Both the position numbers and the translations under genes were made by a program. A stretch of 64,000 bases of DNA from Planctomycetota bacterium. Lineage in GTDB: Bacteria > Planctomycetota > UBA1135 > UBA2386. The stretch's first letter is position 1. Every line of letters begins with the position of its first letter. This document shows, in pieces, positions 18,027 to 27,627 of this stretch. The DNA lies in assembly GCA_965228735.1 (NCBI GenBank), contig OZ245838.1, positions 288,001 through 352,000 on the forward strand. The letters are read 5' to 3'. The notes beneath the pieces are model-generated. The model ran no database searches. It was not told where the DNA came from and worked only from the letters and a program-made list of their open reading frames with translations.

Positions 18027-19085
18027 ATGTTCAAACCGATCGAGTGGGTGTTGAGCGGCTTCTCCGTCGATCTCGGGATCGACCTCGGCACCGCCAATAC
18101 CCTCGTGTTCGTGCGTGATCGCGGAGTCGTCCTCGACGAGCCCTCCGTCGTCGCGGTGCGCAAGGGCACCAACGAAGTCCTGCTCGACGGCATGGCCGTC
18201 GGCGATGCCGCGCTCGAGTATCTCGGTCGCACGCCGCCCGGCATGCAGGCGGTGCGGCCGATGAAGAGCGGCGTGATCGCCGACTTCGAGATCACCGAGA
18301 AGATGCTGCGCTACTTCATGCGCAAGGCGGTCGGTGGTCGGCGGCTCGTCAAACCGCGGCTCGTGATCGCGGTGCCGTACGGCATCACGATGGTCGAGAA
18401 GCGCGCGGTCATCGGCAGCGCCGAGCGCGCGGGCGCGCGGCGGGTGTTCCTCGTCGACGAGCCGACCGCGGCGGCGATCGGTTCGGGGCTGCCCGTGCAC
18501 GAGCCGCGCGGCACGATGATCGTCGACATCGGCGGCGGCACGAGCGAGGTCGCGGTGATCTCGCTCGCCAACGTCGTGATCGCCGAAGCGGTGCGCGTCG
18601 CGGGCGACGACTTCAACGAGTCGATCCAGCAGTACATCCGGGCGAAGTACAACCTGCTGATCGGCGAGATCACGGCCGAACGCCTCAAGATCGCGGCGGG
18701 CAGCTGCCTGCCGCTCGAAGAAGAACTCGAGGTCGAGATTCGCGGGCGCGACTCGCTCGTCAACCTGCCGCGCCGCACCGTGATCTCGTCGGCCGACGTG
18801 CGCGAGGCGCTCATGGAGCCGGTGCGCAAGGTCATCGGCGCGATCAAGGCCGTGCTCGAGAAGACGCCGCCCGAGCTCGCGGCCGACCTCGTCGACTCGG
18901 GCATCACGCTGTGCGGCGGTGGTTCGCTGCTCCGCGGTCTGCCCGAGATGATCGCGCGCGAGACCGAGCTCGATGTCACGGTCGCAGAGCGGCCGCTCGA
19001 GGCCGTCGCGCGCGGCACCGGCATCTTCCTCGAGAACCTCGAGCTCTATTCGCAGTTCCTCGAAGGCGGCGAGGATCTCGCGTAG
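18027..19085 (+). CDS. mreB: Rod shape-determining actin homolog MreB
   Basis: GIDLGTANTL, EPSVVAV, IADFE, VEKRA, EPTAAAIG, VDIGGGT, AGDDF, AERLK, LCGGGSLL. Confidence 0.96.
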   Translation: MFKPIEWVLSGFSVDLGIDLGTANTLVFVRDRGVVLDEPSVVAVRKGTNEVLLDGMAVGDAALEYLGRTPPGMQAVRPMKSGVIADFEITEKMLRYFMRKAVGGRRLVKPRLVIAVPYGITMVEKRAVIGSAERAGARRVFLVDEPTAAAIGSGLPVHEPRGTMIVDIGGGTSEVAVISLANVVIAEAVRVAGDDFNESIQQYIRAKYNLLIGEITAERLKIAAGSCLPLEEELEVEIRGRDSLVNLPRRTVISSADVREALMEPVRKVIGAIKAVLEKTPPELAADLVDSGITLCGGGSLLRGLPEMIARETELDVTVAERPLEAVARGTGIFLENLELYSQFLEGGEDLA

Positions 19086-19219
19086 AGTGACCGATCGCGT
19101 CGCCCGGGCGACCACCCGGAACGGCGCCTGGCGGTGAGCGGGCGGGCTCGTCGCCGTGGTGATCCAGGCGGCCGTCGGCGTTCGGCGGCCGCGTTTGTCC
19201 AGGCAGGTGGGAGGCGAGC

Positions 19220-20611
19220 GTGCAGCAGACGAAGGCGGCGTTTCCGGCAGGGCTCTACGGCATGCTGCTGATCGCCGTGTTCGGGCTCACGTTGCCGTCG
19301 CTGTTCGTGCCGGTCGAACGCGTGCTCGTCGGCTCGGCCGCGCTCGTGCCGCGCGTCCTCGGCTACTGGTCCGGAGAACCTGTCGCCGCGGCCGGCGAGA
19401 AGGACCTCGAGCGCCTCCAGAATCTCCGTGCGGATCTCGACGCGGCAGTGCGACATCACGACGTCTACGGCGCGGAGTCGCTGATGCCGGCAGGCTGGCA
19501 GCCGCTCGTGTGCGCGGCCGTCGCGACCGACCGGCGCGGCGGCGGCGGTCAGCCCTCCGTCGTGCGGCTCGATCGCACGTACGCCGAGGTGCAGGGCTGC
19601 AGCGAGTTCGTCACCAAGGGCGATGCGTTGCTCGGGTTCCTCCTGCGGCCCGGCGTCGGCCTCGCGGCGAAGGACCGACCCGAGGACTTCGCGCGCGTGC
19701 AGCTGCTCAACGACCGGGCGGCGCGCAGCGTCGCCGCCGGCATGGCGTTCCCGGGGGGCGGCACGTTGCGCATGATCATCGGGCCGGCTGCACGCGTCGA
19801 TGCGGCGGCGCTCAAGGCGGAGCTCTGGGACGATCCGTATCGCGCGTCGGCGATGAAGGAGAGCGGCTACGCGGTGCACACGCTGCGCCTCGCCGGCGTC
19901 GCGAACGAACCCCCGGGCGGGCTGCTGCTCGGCCGCACCGTCATCTGGGGCTACGACGAGACGCCGGACGGCGCGCCGCTGACGATCGGCGTGCTCGTCG
20001 CGCCGCCCGTCGACCCGCAGGCGCTGTCGCACGTCGTCTTGTGGCAGAGCAGCGCGGCGGGGCGCTCCGTCGGCGCGGGCTCGGCGCTGCCGCCAACAGT
20101 GCGCGCTGCGGAGCTCTCCGAGCATCCGGCCACGGTCTGGGACCTGCCGGGCGCCCGCGGCCGTCACCTCGTCGCGTGCGACGCGTCGATCCCGGACGGC
20201 GCGGCGGTCGTGCAGGACGGACTGTTCCTCGGCACGGCCCGCGGGTTGTCGTTCGGGCTCGGTCTCGTGTCGTCGTTCGCCCTGTCGCGCCAACGGTGGA
20301 GCCTGCTGCTGCTGCCGCACGCGCCCGAAGCGCGCCCGCGGGAGCTCGTCGCCGAGGTGCTCGAGGGGCAGCAAGGGCGGGCGTTGCTGCGTTGCTCCGT
20401 CGATCGCTTCCTGCCCGCGGGTGAGGGGCTCAACGAGGGCTACCTCTTCACCGGCAGCAACGGGCGGCACTGTCCCGCGGGCCTCTGGCTCGGCACCGCG
20501 CGGCCGGTGCCCGGCTGGCCCGAGTATCTCGAGGTCACGCTGCCCGTGATGCGCGGGCCGCGGGCGGCAGCCGTGCTCGTGCAGGACGCGATCCCCGAGG
20601 TCCCGCGATGA
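19220..20611 (+). CDS. mreC: Divergent MreC-like protein, apparently with two tandem MreC beta-barrel modules
   Basis: Position between mreB and an mreD-like gene; N-terminal TM plus short coil; repeated V...G..LG and T...G..P.GL.LG patterns. Confidence 0.6.
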   Translation: MQQTKAAFPAGLYGMLLIAVFGLTLPSLFVPVERVLVGSAALVPRVLGYWSGEPVAAAGEKDLERLQNLRADLDAAVRHHDVYGAESLMPAGWQPLVCAAVATDRRGGGGQPSVVRLDRTYAEVQGCSEFVTKGDALLGFLLRPGVGLAAKDRPEDFARVQLLNDRAARSVAAGMAFPGGGTLRMIIGPAARVDAAALKAELWDDPYRASAMKESGYAVHTLRLAGVANEPPGGLLLGRTVIWGYDETPDGAPLTIGVLVAPPVDPQALSHVVLWQSSAAGRSVGAGSALPPTVRAAELSEHPATVWDLPGARGRHLVACDASIPDGAAVVQDGLFLGTARGLSFGLGLVSSFALSRQRWSLLLLPHAPEARPRELVAEVLEGQQGRALLRCSVDRFLPAGEGLNEGYLFTGSNGRHCPAGLWLGTARPVPGWPEYLEVTLPVMRGPRAAAVLVQDAIPEVPR

Positions 20612-21090
20612 GGCGCTGGTTGCTCTGGTTCCTCGTCGCGCCGCAGACCTACCTGCTGTTCGGGTTGTTGCGCGATCTCGGTGTGCCGCTCGACGCGACG
20701 GTGCTGCACTGCCTGTTCCTCGCGTTCTTCGCGGATCGGCGCGCGCTCGCCGGCCTGCTGCTCGGCGCCGCGCTCGGGCGTGCGCTCGTCGACGAGGCCG
20801 GGCTCTGCGTGCACCTGCTCGTGATCGGTGCACCCGTTGCGCTGCTCCTGCCGCTGCGGAGCTGGTTCTTCGGGCAGCGCTGGATCTGGCAGGCGACGAC
20901 CGCCGCGCTCATCGCGTTCGCGATCCCGCGGCTGTCGGGTTGGATCGGTGATCTGTTCGACCAGCCGTCCACGGGGGCGGTGTTCGACGGTTACGTCGTG
21001 CTGACGTCCGCCATCTTCCTGCCGCCGCTGCTGTGGTGTCTGCGCGCGGTGCCGCCGTTCTCGGCGTTCGAGGAGGATGAGCCGCAGTGA
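20608..21090 (+). CDS. mreD: MreD-like polytopic membrane protein
   Basis: 160 aa with about 5 TM segments, GLLLGAALGRALVD pattern, operon position and 4-nt overlap. Confidence 0.65.
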   Translation: MRRWLLWFLVAPQTYLLFGLLRDLGVPLDATVLHCLFLAFFADRRALAGLLLGAALGRALVDEAGLCVHLLVIGAPVALLLPLRSWFFGQRWIWQATTAALIAFAIPRLSGWIGDLFDQPSTGAVFDGYVVLTSAIFLPPLLWCLRAVPPFSAFEEDEPQ

Positions 21091-23512
21091 GGTCGCCCTT
21101 CGTGCAGGAGTTGCGGTGAAGACGACCTCGCAAGAACGCATCGGCTGGCTCGGTCTGCTGTTCCTCGGCGCGGGCGCCGTCGTGCTCGTTCACCTGCTGC
21201 TCGTCATGGTGCTCGAGCACGACGTGTGGGCCGCGCGCAGTCACCAGAACCGGTGGGCGTTCCGGTCGGTCCCGAGCTTGCGTGGCGCGATCCACGATCG
21301 CCAGGGCCGCGTGCTGCGCTACGACGAGCCGAAGATGGCGGTCGCGATCTACTACCTGCGATTTCGGCTTCGGCACCCGGTCGGCGCGGCCGTGCATGGC
21401 GCGACGACCTGGGCGCGGCAGCACGAGGGGCGCGAGCTCGTGATGTACAGCTACAAGCCGGGGATCCTCGGACCCGCGACCGCAGCGCGTGATCTGCTCG
21501 CGATGCCGGTGCGTGTCTTCGGTCCCGATGGGCTCGACAAGGACGCCCGGAGCGAGCTCGCGACGTGCGTGACCACCGTGCTGTCGGGCACGACGGGCAT
21601 GACGCGGCGCGCGGTCTACACCGCGCTGCGCGAGGCGGCCGAGGCGTTCCCCGGATTGCCGTGCGGCGACGTGCTCGCCGACTTCTCGCGCGCCGACGTG
21701 CTCGCGGCCTACGACGAGCAGCTCGCGGCGCTGCAGCGTTTCGATCGGGAGCTCCTGCTCGACCCGTCGACACAGCGGAGCGAGGTGCGACCGGGTCTGA
21801 TGGCGCGGCTCGAGTGGCTCTGCAAGGCGAGCCTCGAAGAGCGGGCGCTGACGTTCAAGGACGAGCACGGCAAGGAGCGCGAGGGCGAGCGCTACGAGAC
21901 GATGGAGTGGCCGATCGCCGAGTTCGTGCCGTTCGCGCTGGCCGCGCCGCTGCGGGTCGGCGCGCGCGCGCATCCGGGGCTGCGCGTTCGCCCCGGTGTG
22001 CAGCGGCTGTCGACGGAGGCCGGCGGGCTGTCGCTCGACGCGCTGCTCGGCATCGTGAAGGACGTCGGCCGGGTCGAGCCCGAAGGCTGGATGGACCGCT
22101 TCATGGCGCGCGAGCTCGAGGACCAGTGGCTCGACGAGATGGTGCCCGAGGCGGCGGCCGCGTCCGCGGCCGACCGCGAGCAGATGCGACGGAACGCCAA
22201 GCGCAGCTTCGCGAACATGACGCGACGCTACGAACGACGCGGCATCGCCGGCGTGGAGGCCGCGTTCGACGACACGCTGAGCGGCCGGCTCGGCATGCGC
22301 CTCGTCGAGCGCGACAGTCAGCAGCGCGAGCAGCTGATGTGGAGCAGTCTGCGGGTGAAGTCGGGCGAGGACGTGCGCATCACGATCGACGTCGAGCTGC
22401 AGGTGATCGCGGAGCGGCTCGTGGCGGCGGCGCAGCAGCGGGCGCTTCTGGAACACGGCGCGATCGACGAGAAGCGGGCAGAGCGCGTGCAGGCAGCGCT
22501 CGCGGTCATCGATGCCCGGACCGGGGACGTCCTCGCTTACGCGGGCGCGCCGGCGGAAGGCAAGACCGCCCGCACGCTGCCCGGGTCCACGTGGGTGAGC
22601 AATGGTGCACTGGGCTCCGTGGTCAAGCCGTTCGTGTTGCTCGAGCAGCTGATCAGTGAGACCGTCGGGCGGCCGCACGTGTCGCTGGCCGAGGTGCACA
22701 CCTGCGACGGCAAGGACTTCGTGTACGGCGGCACGAAGTTGCGCGGGTGTCGTGGCCACGCGCATTGGGACGCGGGGAAGGATCCCGAGCTCGCGCTCGC
22801 GCAGTCGTGCAACACGTTCTTCTACCAGCTGTCGCTGGGCCTGCAGAAGGACGGCGTGGACCGCGCGTTGCAGCGGGTCGGCCTGCTGCCGGCCCCCGAG
22901 GGGCACGAGTGTCGTGCATGCTGGCAGCCGCGGGTGCAGGGGGTGCCCTGGGCGCGGCCTCGATACCAAAGAGCGACGCTGCCGCAGCACGCGATCGGCT
23001 ACGGGGTCGCGGCATCCCCGCTGGCCGTAGCGCGGGCCTACGCGGCGCTCGGTACCGGTCGACTGCCGACTCTCGGGCTGCGCGCAGGAGAGTCGCGGCC
23101 GGGCATCGAATTCTCGGACATGGGGCCGGAGCTCGAACTCGTGCGCCGTGGGCTCGAGCGCTGTGTGACCACGGGTACCGCGCGGAGCGTGCCGGGGCTC
23201 CAGCGTTTTCGCGTTCACGGCAAGACCGGCACCGCGGAGATTGGGCCGAAGACGGACGCCGCGGGCAACAAGCGCCTGCCCGAGAACAACGCGTGGTTCG
23301 CGGGCTACCTCCCGTGGGCCGCGCAGGATGGCGTCCAGCTCGCGTTCTGTTCGGTCATCTACTGGGTCACCGACGGTGTCCACGGTGGTGACGCCGCGGG
23401 TGGTGTCGTGGCCGACTTCCTCGAGGAGGTGTTCGCCCGCCCAGAGCTCGCGCAGCGCTACATCGAGCCGGGCGGCGGCGGCGCCGTGCCCCTCGGAGAC
23501 TCCGGCCGATGA
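21077..23512 (+). CDS. mrdA: Class B penicillin-binding protein 2 (transpeptidase)
   Basis: N-terminal TM, RGAIHDRQG, GEDVRITID, SxxK (GSVVKP), SxN (QSCN), KTG (HGKTGT), NAWFAGY; alternative GTG start at 21116. Confidence 0.85.
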   Translation: MSRSEVALRAGVAVKTTSQERIGWLGLLFLGAGAVVLVHLLLVMVLEHDVWAARSHQNRWAFRSVPSLRGAIHDRQGRVLRYDEPKMAVAIYYLRFRLRHPVGAAVHGATTWARQHEGRELVMYSYKPGILGPATAARDLLAMPVRVFGPDGLDKDARSELATCVTTVLSGTTGMTRRAVYTALREAAEAFPGLPCGDVLADFSRADVLAAYDEQLAALQRFDRELLLDPSTQRSEVRPGLMARLEWLCKASLEERALTFKDEHGKEREGERYETMEWPIAEFVPFALAAPLRVGARAHPGLRVRPGVQRLSTEAGGLSLDALLGIVKDVGRVEPEGWMDRFMARELEDQWLDEMVPEAAAASAADREQMRRNAKRSFANMTRRYERRGIAGVEAAFDDTLSGRLGMRLVERDSQQREQLMWSSLRVKSGEDVRITIDVELQVIAERLVAAAQQRALLEHGAIDEKRAERVQAALAVIDARTGDVLAYAGAPAEGKTARTLPGSTWVSNGALGSVVKPFVLLEQLISETVGRPHVSLAEVHTCDGKDFVYGGTKLRGCRGHAHWDAGKDPELALAQSCNTFFYQLSLGLQKDGVDRALQRVGLLPAPEGHECRACWQPRVQGVPWARPRYQRATLPQHAIGYGVAASPLAVARAYAALGTGRLPTLGLRAGESRPGIEFSDMGPELELVRRGLERCVTTGTARSVPGLQRFRVHGKTGTAEIGPKTDAAGNKRLPENNAWFAGYLPWAAQDGVQLAFCSVIYWVTDGVHGGDAAGGVVADFLEEVFARPELAQRYIEPGGGGAVPLGDSGR

Positions 23513-24669
23513 ACGTCCTGCGCGTCGTCGAGACCCTCAGGTCCGTGAACCCTTGGCCGCTGCTGTTCGCGGCGGCGCTCGCGCTCTGCGGCCTCACGTT
23601 CATCGGGTCGGCGACCAACGAGGACGCGCTGTTCGCGGTCCAGAGTCAGCGGCAGAGCCTGTTCCTCGCGTGCGGCATCGGCCTCGGGTTCTTCATGCTG
23701 CTGCCGCACTACGTGCACTACCTGCGCCTGAGCTGGGTGCTCTACGGCGGTTCGATCCTGGCGCTGCTCGGCCTGTTCGTGTTCGCGCCCGAGATCAACG
23801 GCTCGCGACGGTGGTATCCGATGCCCGGGTTCTCGATCCAGCCGAGCGAGTTCGCCAAGCTCGCGGTCGTGATGGCGCTCGCGGCGCTGCTGCGCTTCAA
23901 GAACCGGGCGCGCACGTTCGACGGCCTCATCGTGCCGATGATCGTCGCCGGCGTGCCGGCGCTGCTCATCATGCGGCAGCCGGATCTCGGCAGTTCGCTC
24001 GTGTTCGGCCCGGTGCTCCTTGCGATGTGCTACGCGGCCGGCGCGCCGGTGCGTTCGATCCTCGCGGTGCTCGGCATCGGGGTCGCCGTTGCGCTCCTCG
24101 GCTACTTCTACCTGCTGCATGGCTACCAGCAGGAACGCGTGACGGTCTGGCTGCAGCACTGGGGCTGGAGCGACGAAGCCCTGCAGGATCCGCAGGTGAA
24201 ACACGTGCTGCGCGGTCCCGGCTACCAGCCGTGGCAGGCGCTGATCGCGCTCGGCGGCGGTGGTGTCGCCGGGTTCGGCCTCGGGGAGGGGCCGCAGAAC
24301 CGCTACGACTTCCTGCCGTACCGCAGTGAGGACTACGTGTTCGCCGTCGTCGGCGAAGAGACGGGCTGGCTCGGCTGCCTGCTCGTGATCGGCATCGTCG
24401 CCGGCCTCGTGATCACGCTGCTGCAGGTCGCCCAACGCACGCGCGAACGCTTCGGCAAGCTCGTCTGCGTCGGCGTCGCGACCTGGATCGGCGCGCAGAG
24501 CCTCATGCACATCGCGGTCTGCGGCTGGCTCGTGCCGGCAACCGGCCTGCCGATGCCGCTCGTGAGTTACGGTGGCAGCTCCGCGCTCGCGACGACGATG
24601 GGTATCGCGCTCTGTGCCAACATCTCGGCGCGCCAGGAGCCGATCCTCGCGGGCGACGGTTACGCCTGA
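23509..24669 (+). CDS. rodA: SEDS glycosyltransferase RodA
   Basis: NGSRRW, IQPSEFAK, QPDLG, YQQERV, GYQ, EDYVFAVVGEETG, TGLPMPLVSYGGSS. Confidence 0.93.
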   Translation: MNVLRVVETLRSVNPWPLLFAAALALCGLTFIGSATNEDALFAVQSQRQSLFLACGIGLGFFMLLPHYVHYLRLSWVLYGGSILALLGLFVFAPEINGSRRWYPMPGFSIQPSEFAKLAVVMALAALLRFKNRARTFDGLIVPMIVAGVPALLIMRQPDLGSSLVFGPVLLAMCYAAGAPVRSILAVLGIGVAVALLGYFYLLHGYQQERVTVWLQHWGWSDEALQDPQVKHVLRGPGYQPWQALIALGGGGVAGFGLGEGPQNRYDFLPYRSEDYVFAVVGEETGWLGCLLVIGIVAGLVITLLQVAQRTRERFGKLVCVGVATWIGAQSLMHIAVCGWLVPATGLPMPLVSYGGSSALATTMGIALCANISARQEPILAGDGYA

Positions 24670-24674
24670 GGGCG

Positions 24675-26069
24675 TCAGCGGCGCGGCACGCGACGCAGGA
24701 CCAGGAGGCCGAACAGCAGCAGCCCGATCAGCACCGCGCCGCGCCAGAGCAGACCGTCGCCGATGGTCGCGCCGAGGTCGGCTGCGCTTCGTAGAGTCAC
24801 GTCGAGACGGCCGTCCGGTCCCGCCATGCCGTCGAACCGCTCGAGCAGCGCGGTGAGTTCGACACCGGCATCGCGCGCCGCGGCCGCGGTGTCGCGCAGG
24901 TCGTCGAGCTGCAACGGCGGCCGGCCGCGCGCGGGATCGCGGTCGAAGCGTTCGAGGACGCGATCGAGGGCCGTCGCCGTCGCGGTCAGCGCGTTCCCGG
25001 CCGCGGTCGCCTCGACGGCCGTCGCCTGCGCGCTCGTCAGCGTGGATTCGATCTCGTTCTGCAGGCGCTCCGTCTCGCTCAGGAGCGCGTCCCGCTCGGT
25101 GCGCACGCGGTCGAAGAAGTGATCCACCGCGGCCTCGCGCGCCCGCTCGACGTGCTGCGCGCCATCGGCCATGAGCTTCTGCACGGAGGTCTCGGCGGCA
25201 GCGAGCCAGCGGTCGCGTTCGGCATCGAGGTTCTCGAGCCGATCGGCGGCGCTCCTGGCGAGGCGCTCCGTCGCTCGGAGCGTCGCGCGCACGTCACGCA
25301 TCTCGGGCTGATCCGCCATGCGATACGCGGTCAGCTCGGCTTGTTGCCCGAGCAGGTAGGGGTATCGGCTCGCGAACCACATCGCCCGCTCGCCGAACAG
25401 CCGCGCGTCGTCGACCGCCGCCGTCGCCTCGCCGACCTCGGCGAGCAGCCCGGCCGCCTCGCCGCGCGCGACGACCGTCGACAGGTGGCGCTCCTCGGTG
25501 AAGTCCGAGAACCTCACGAACGCGACCACGGTCTGGTTCGGATGCTCCGCGATCCAGGTGCCGATGAGGCTTCTCAACCTGGCCTCCTGTTCGTCGTTCA
25601 CGACCTCGCGCGCGACCACCCACAGCGAGTCCTCGGCGGCCCGCATCCGCGCGATCGCCCGCGCCGCGCGCGCCGGCTGGATGCCCTTGGGCAGCCAGTG
25701 CTCGCGGAACGCCCACGACTGCAGCGAGCCGAGCACGAGCAGATCGAGCACGGCGACGTCGGGGTTGGGCCCGGCCGCGATGTCGAGCGCGGCGCCCATG
25801 CCGTTCCGCAAGAACGACAGCGCCAGCCAGCGCGCCGTGGGCTCGAGCGCCGCGCGATCGAGCATGAGATACACCGTCTCACCCAGCGCGGCGCTGTAGT
25901 CGTCTGCCATCTGCATCGCGATGGACTGCACTTCGAGCTCGGTGCGACTGTCACCGAAGTGGCGCGACGCGGCGTTCGTCGGCGAGCTCGTCGAGGAACA
26001 GCTCGTCAGGATCTGGGGCGAGGCGATCAGCAAGCACAGGCCGAGGCGCGTTCCGAGGTGACGGACCAT
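24675..26069 (-). CDS. Hypothetical lipoprotein, helical/coiled-coil, with C-terminal TM
   Basis: Lipobox LTSC, long helical body, and a C-terminal hydrophobic segment followed by RRVPRR. Confidence 0.75.
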   Translation of the reverse strand: MVRHLGTRLGLCLLIASPQILTSCSSTSSPTNAASRHFGDSRTELEVQSIAMQMADDYSAALGETVYLMLDRAALEPTARWLALSFLRNGMGAALDIAAGPNPDVAVLDLLVLGSLQSWAFREHWLPKGIQPARAARAIARMRAAEDSLWVVAREVVNDEQEARLRSLIGTWIAEHPNQTVVAFVRFSDFTEERHLSTVVARGEAAGLLAEVGEATAAVDDARLFGERAMWFASRYPYLLGQQAELTAYRMADQPEMRDVRATLRATERLARSAADRLENLDAERDRWLAAAETSVQKLMADGAQHVERAREAAVDHFFDRVRTERDALLSETERLQNEIESTLTSAQATAVEATAAGNALTATATALDRVLERFDRDPARGRPPLQLDDLRDTAAAARDAGVELTALLERFDGMAGPDGRLDVTLRSAADLGATIGDGLLWRGAVLIGLLLFGLLVLRRVPRR

Positions 26070-26179
26070 GGGGGGGACTGTAGCCAGACGACGGCGCGTT
26101 CCGGCGTGCCGTTCGTGGGCTCGCGTCGGGCCGGCGCTTCCCCGGGTGGGTTCGATCCACTAGCGTCGGCCGGCAGACG

Positions 26180-26797
26180 ATGACGCGTGCCAGAACGAGG
26201 ATCAGTGGAGCTGCCGTGCTCGTGTTCGCCGCCTGCGCCAGCGCGCCGACGGCGGACGAGATCGCCGCCGCCGAGATCGGGCCGCGGCCCGATCAGGCGG
26301 AGGCCGAGGCGCACGCGCTCCGTCTGTTGGCCGAGAACCAGCTGACCCGCGAGAGCTGCGACATCGAGTTCGTGCCGCTGCGCCGGGGCTACTATCGCCC
26401 GTCGTCGTTCGGTGGCGTCGAGTTCGGCTGGCAGCTCGATGTCCGGGTCGAACCGCACAGCAAGAAGCTGCGGCGAGCGGCCGGCAGCGGGGCCAACCGG
26501 TTCTTCTGGCGGGACGGCCGCTGCGTCGCGCACACGTTCGAGACGCGGATGTTCGACGGCTCGCGGCGGGTCACGACGCTGGTGCTCGCCGAGGACGAGA
26601 CGAAGGACGTTGCGGTCCCGACGCCGCAGCCGGCGAACGCCGCGGGCGGCCGGGTCGCGGAGCTGCTCGCCCGGCGCGACATGCTCCGCGACATGCGCTA
26701 CGAAGCGCAGGATGACGCCGCGCAGGTCGCCGCCATCGATGCGCTGCTGACGGCGGTCGACCGCGAACTCAAAGCCGCGGGCTACGACGGTCGTTGA
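26180..26797 (+). CDS. Hypothetical lipoprotein
   Basis: Lipobox FAAC, then APTADEIAAAEIGPRP; good codon bias. Confidence 0.7.
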   Translation: MTRARTRISGAAVLVFAACASAPTADEIAAAEIGPRPDQAEAEAHALRLLAENQLTRESCDIEFVPLRRGYYRPSSFGGVEFGWQLDVRVEPHSKKLRRAAGSGANRFFWRDGRCVAHTFETRMFDGSRRVTTLVLAEDETKDVAVPTPQPANAAGGRVAELLARRDMLRDMRYEAQDDAAQVAAIDALLTAVDRELKAAGYDGR

Positions 26798-26807
26798 GCC
26801 GGCAACG

Positions 26808-27593
26808 TTACCTGCCGCCGCCCTTCTTGGCCTCGCCCTGCTTGTTCTTCAGGTAGGCCTCCCAGTACTTGCGGTACTTCTGCGGCACCTTCGGCGTCGA
26901 GCCGCGGTTCTTCAGTGAGTTCAGGTACGGCTGCAGCTCACCCCAGGTCTCCGCGCCCGTGCCGCGCTTGCCGGCGCCGGTGGCACCTTCGGGCGGTTGT
27001 TGTCCGGGGCGGTTCTGGCCCGGCGCGTTGCTCTCCTGGCCGCCCTGCGGGCGGCCGTCCTGCGGCTGGTTCTGTTGACCGGGCTTCTGGCCCTGTTGCT
27101 GTTGGCCCTGCTGCTCGCCGGGCTTCTGCCCCTGTTGTTGACCCTGCTGGTCCTGGCCTTCCTGGGGCACGATGTCGGGGGTCTGGTTCTCGCGGCGGTT
27201 CCGCTGACCCTGCTGGCCCTGCTGCTGTTGCTGCTGGTCCTGCTGTTGATCCTGCTGCTGTTGGTCGCGCTGGCTCTGGTCCTGCTGATCCTGCTGCGAG
27301 TTGCTGCTCTGGCCGCCGCTGTTCTTGAGCTCCGTGAGCTTCTCGATGAGCTCGTCGATGCTCTTCTGCGCCTCGGCGTTCTGCTGTTGCGATTGCTCGA
27401 GCAGCTCGACGGGCTTGCTGCGGGCCTGTTGCTTGTTGCTCGACTCGAGCAGCAGGCGGTCGACCTCCTTGAGCTGCTCGCTCGTGCGCTCGGCGATCTC
27501 CTGGATCTCGCGCATCGTTTCGCCCTGGGCGCGCAGATTGCCGACGCCGAGAGCCGTCGCGAGAACGAACGTGGTCGCGGTGAGTGCCTTCAT
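26808..27593 (-). CDS. Secreted Gln-rich protein (DUF4175 C-terminal-like tail)
   Basis: Signal peptide, a Q/G-rich linker and terminal WGELQP...VPQKYRKYWEAYLK; SD AGGAG. Confidence 0.8.
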   Translation of the reverse strand: MKALTATTFVLATALGVGNLRAQGETMREIQEIAERTSEQLKEVDRLLLESSNKQQARSKPVELLEQSQQQNAEAQKSIDELIEKLTELKNSGGQSSNSQQDQQDQSQRDQQQQDQQQDQQQQQQGQQGQRNRRENQTPDIVPQEGQDQQGQQQGQKPGEQQGQQQQGQKPGQQNQPQDGRPQGGQESNAPGQNRPGQQPPEGATGAGKRGTGAETWGELQPYLNSLKNRGSTPKVPQKYRKYWEAYLKNKQGEAKKGGGR

Positions 27594-27627
27594 CGTGATC
27601 TCCTGGGTGTGTCCTTGCTGATTCGAT

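Noticed and set aside
27000..27310. CTG-rich low-complexity tract
   Set aside because: Explained by the poly-Gln linker of the 26808-27593 protein.
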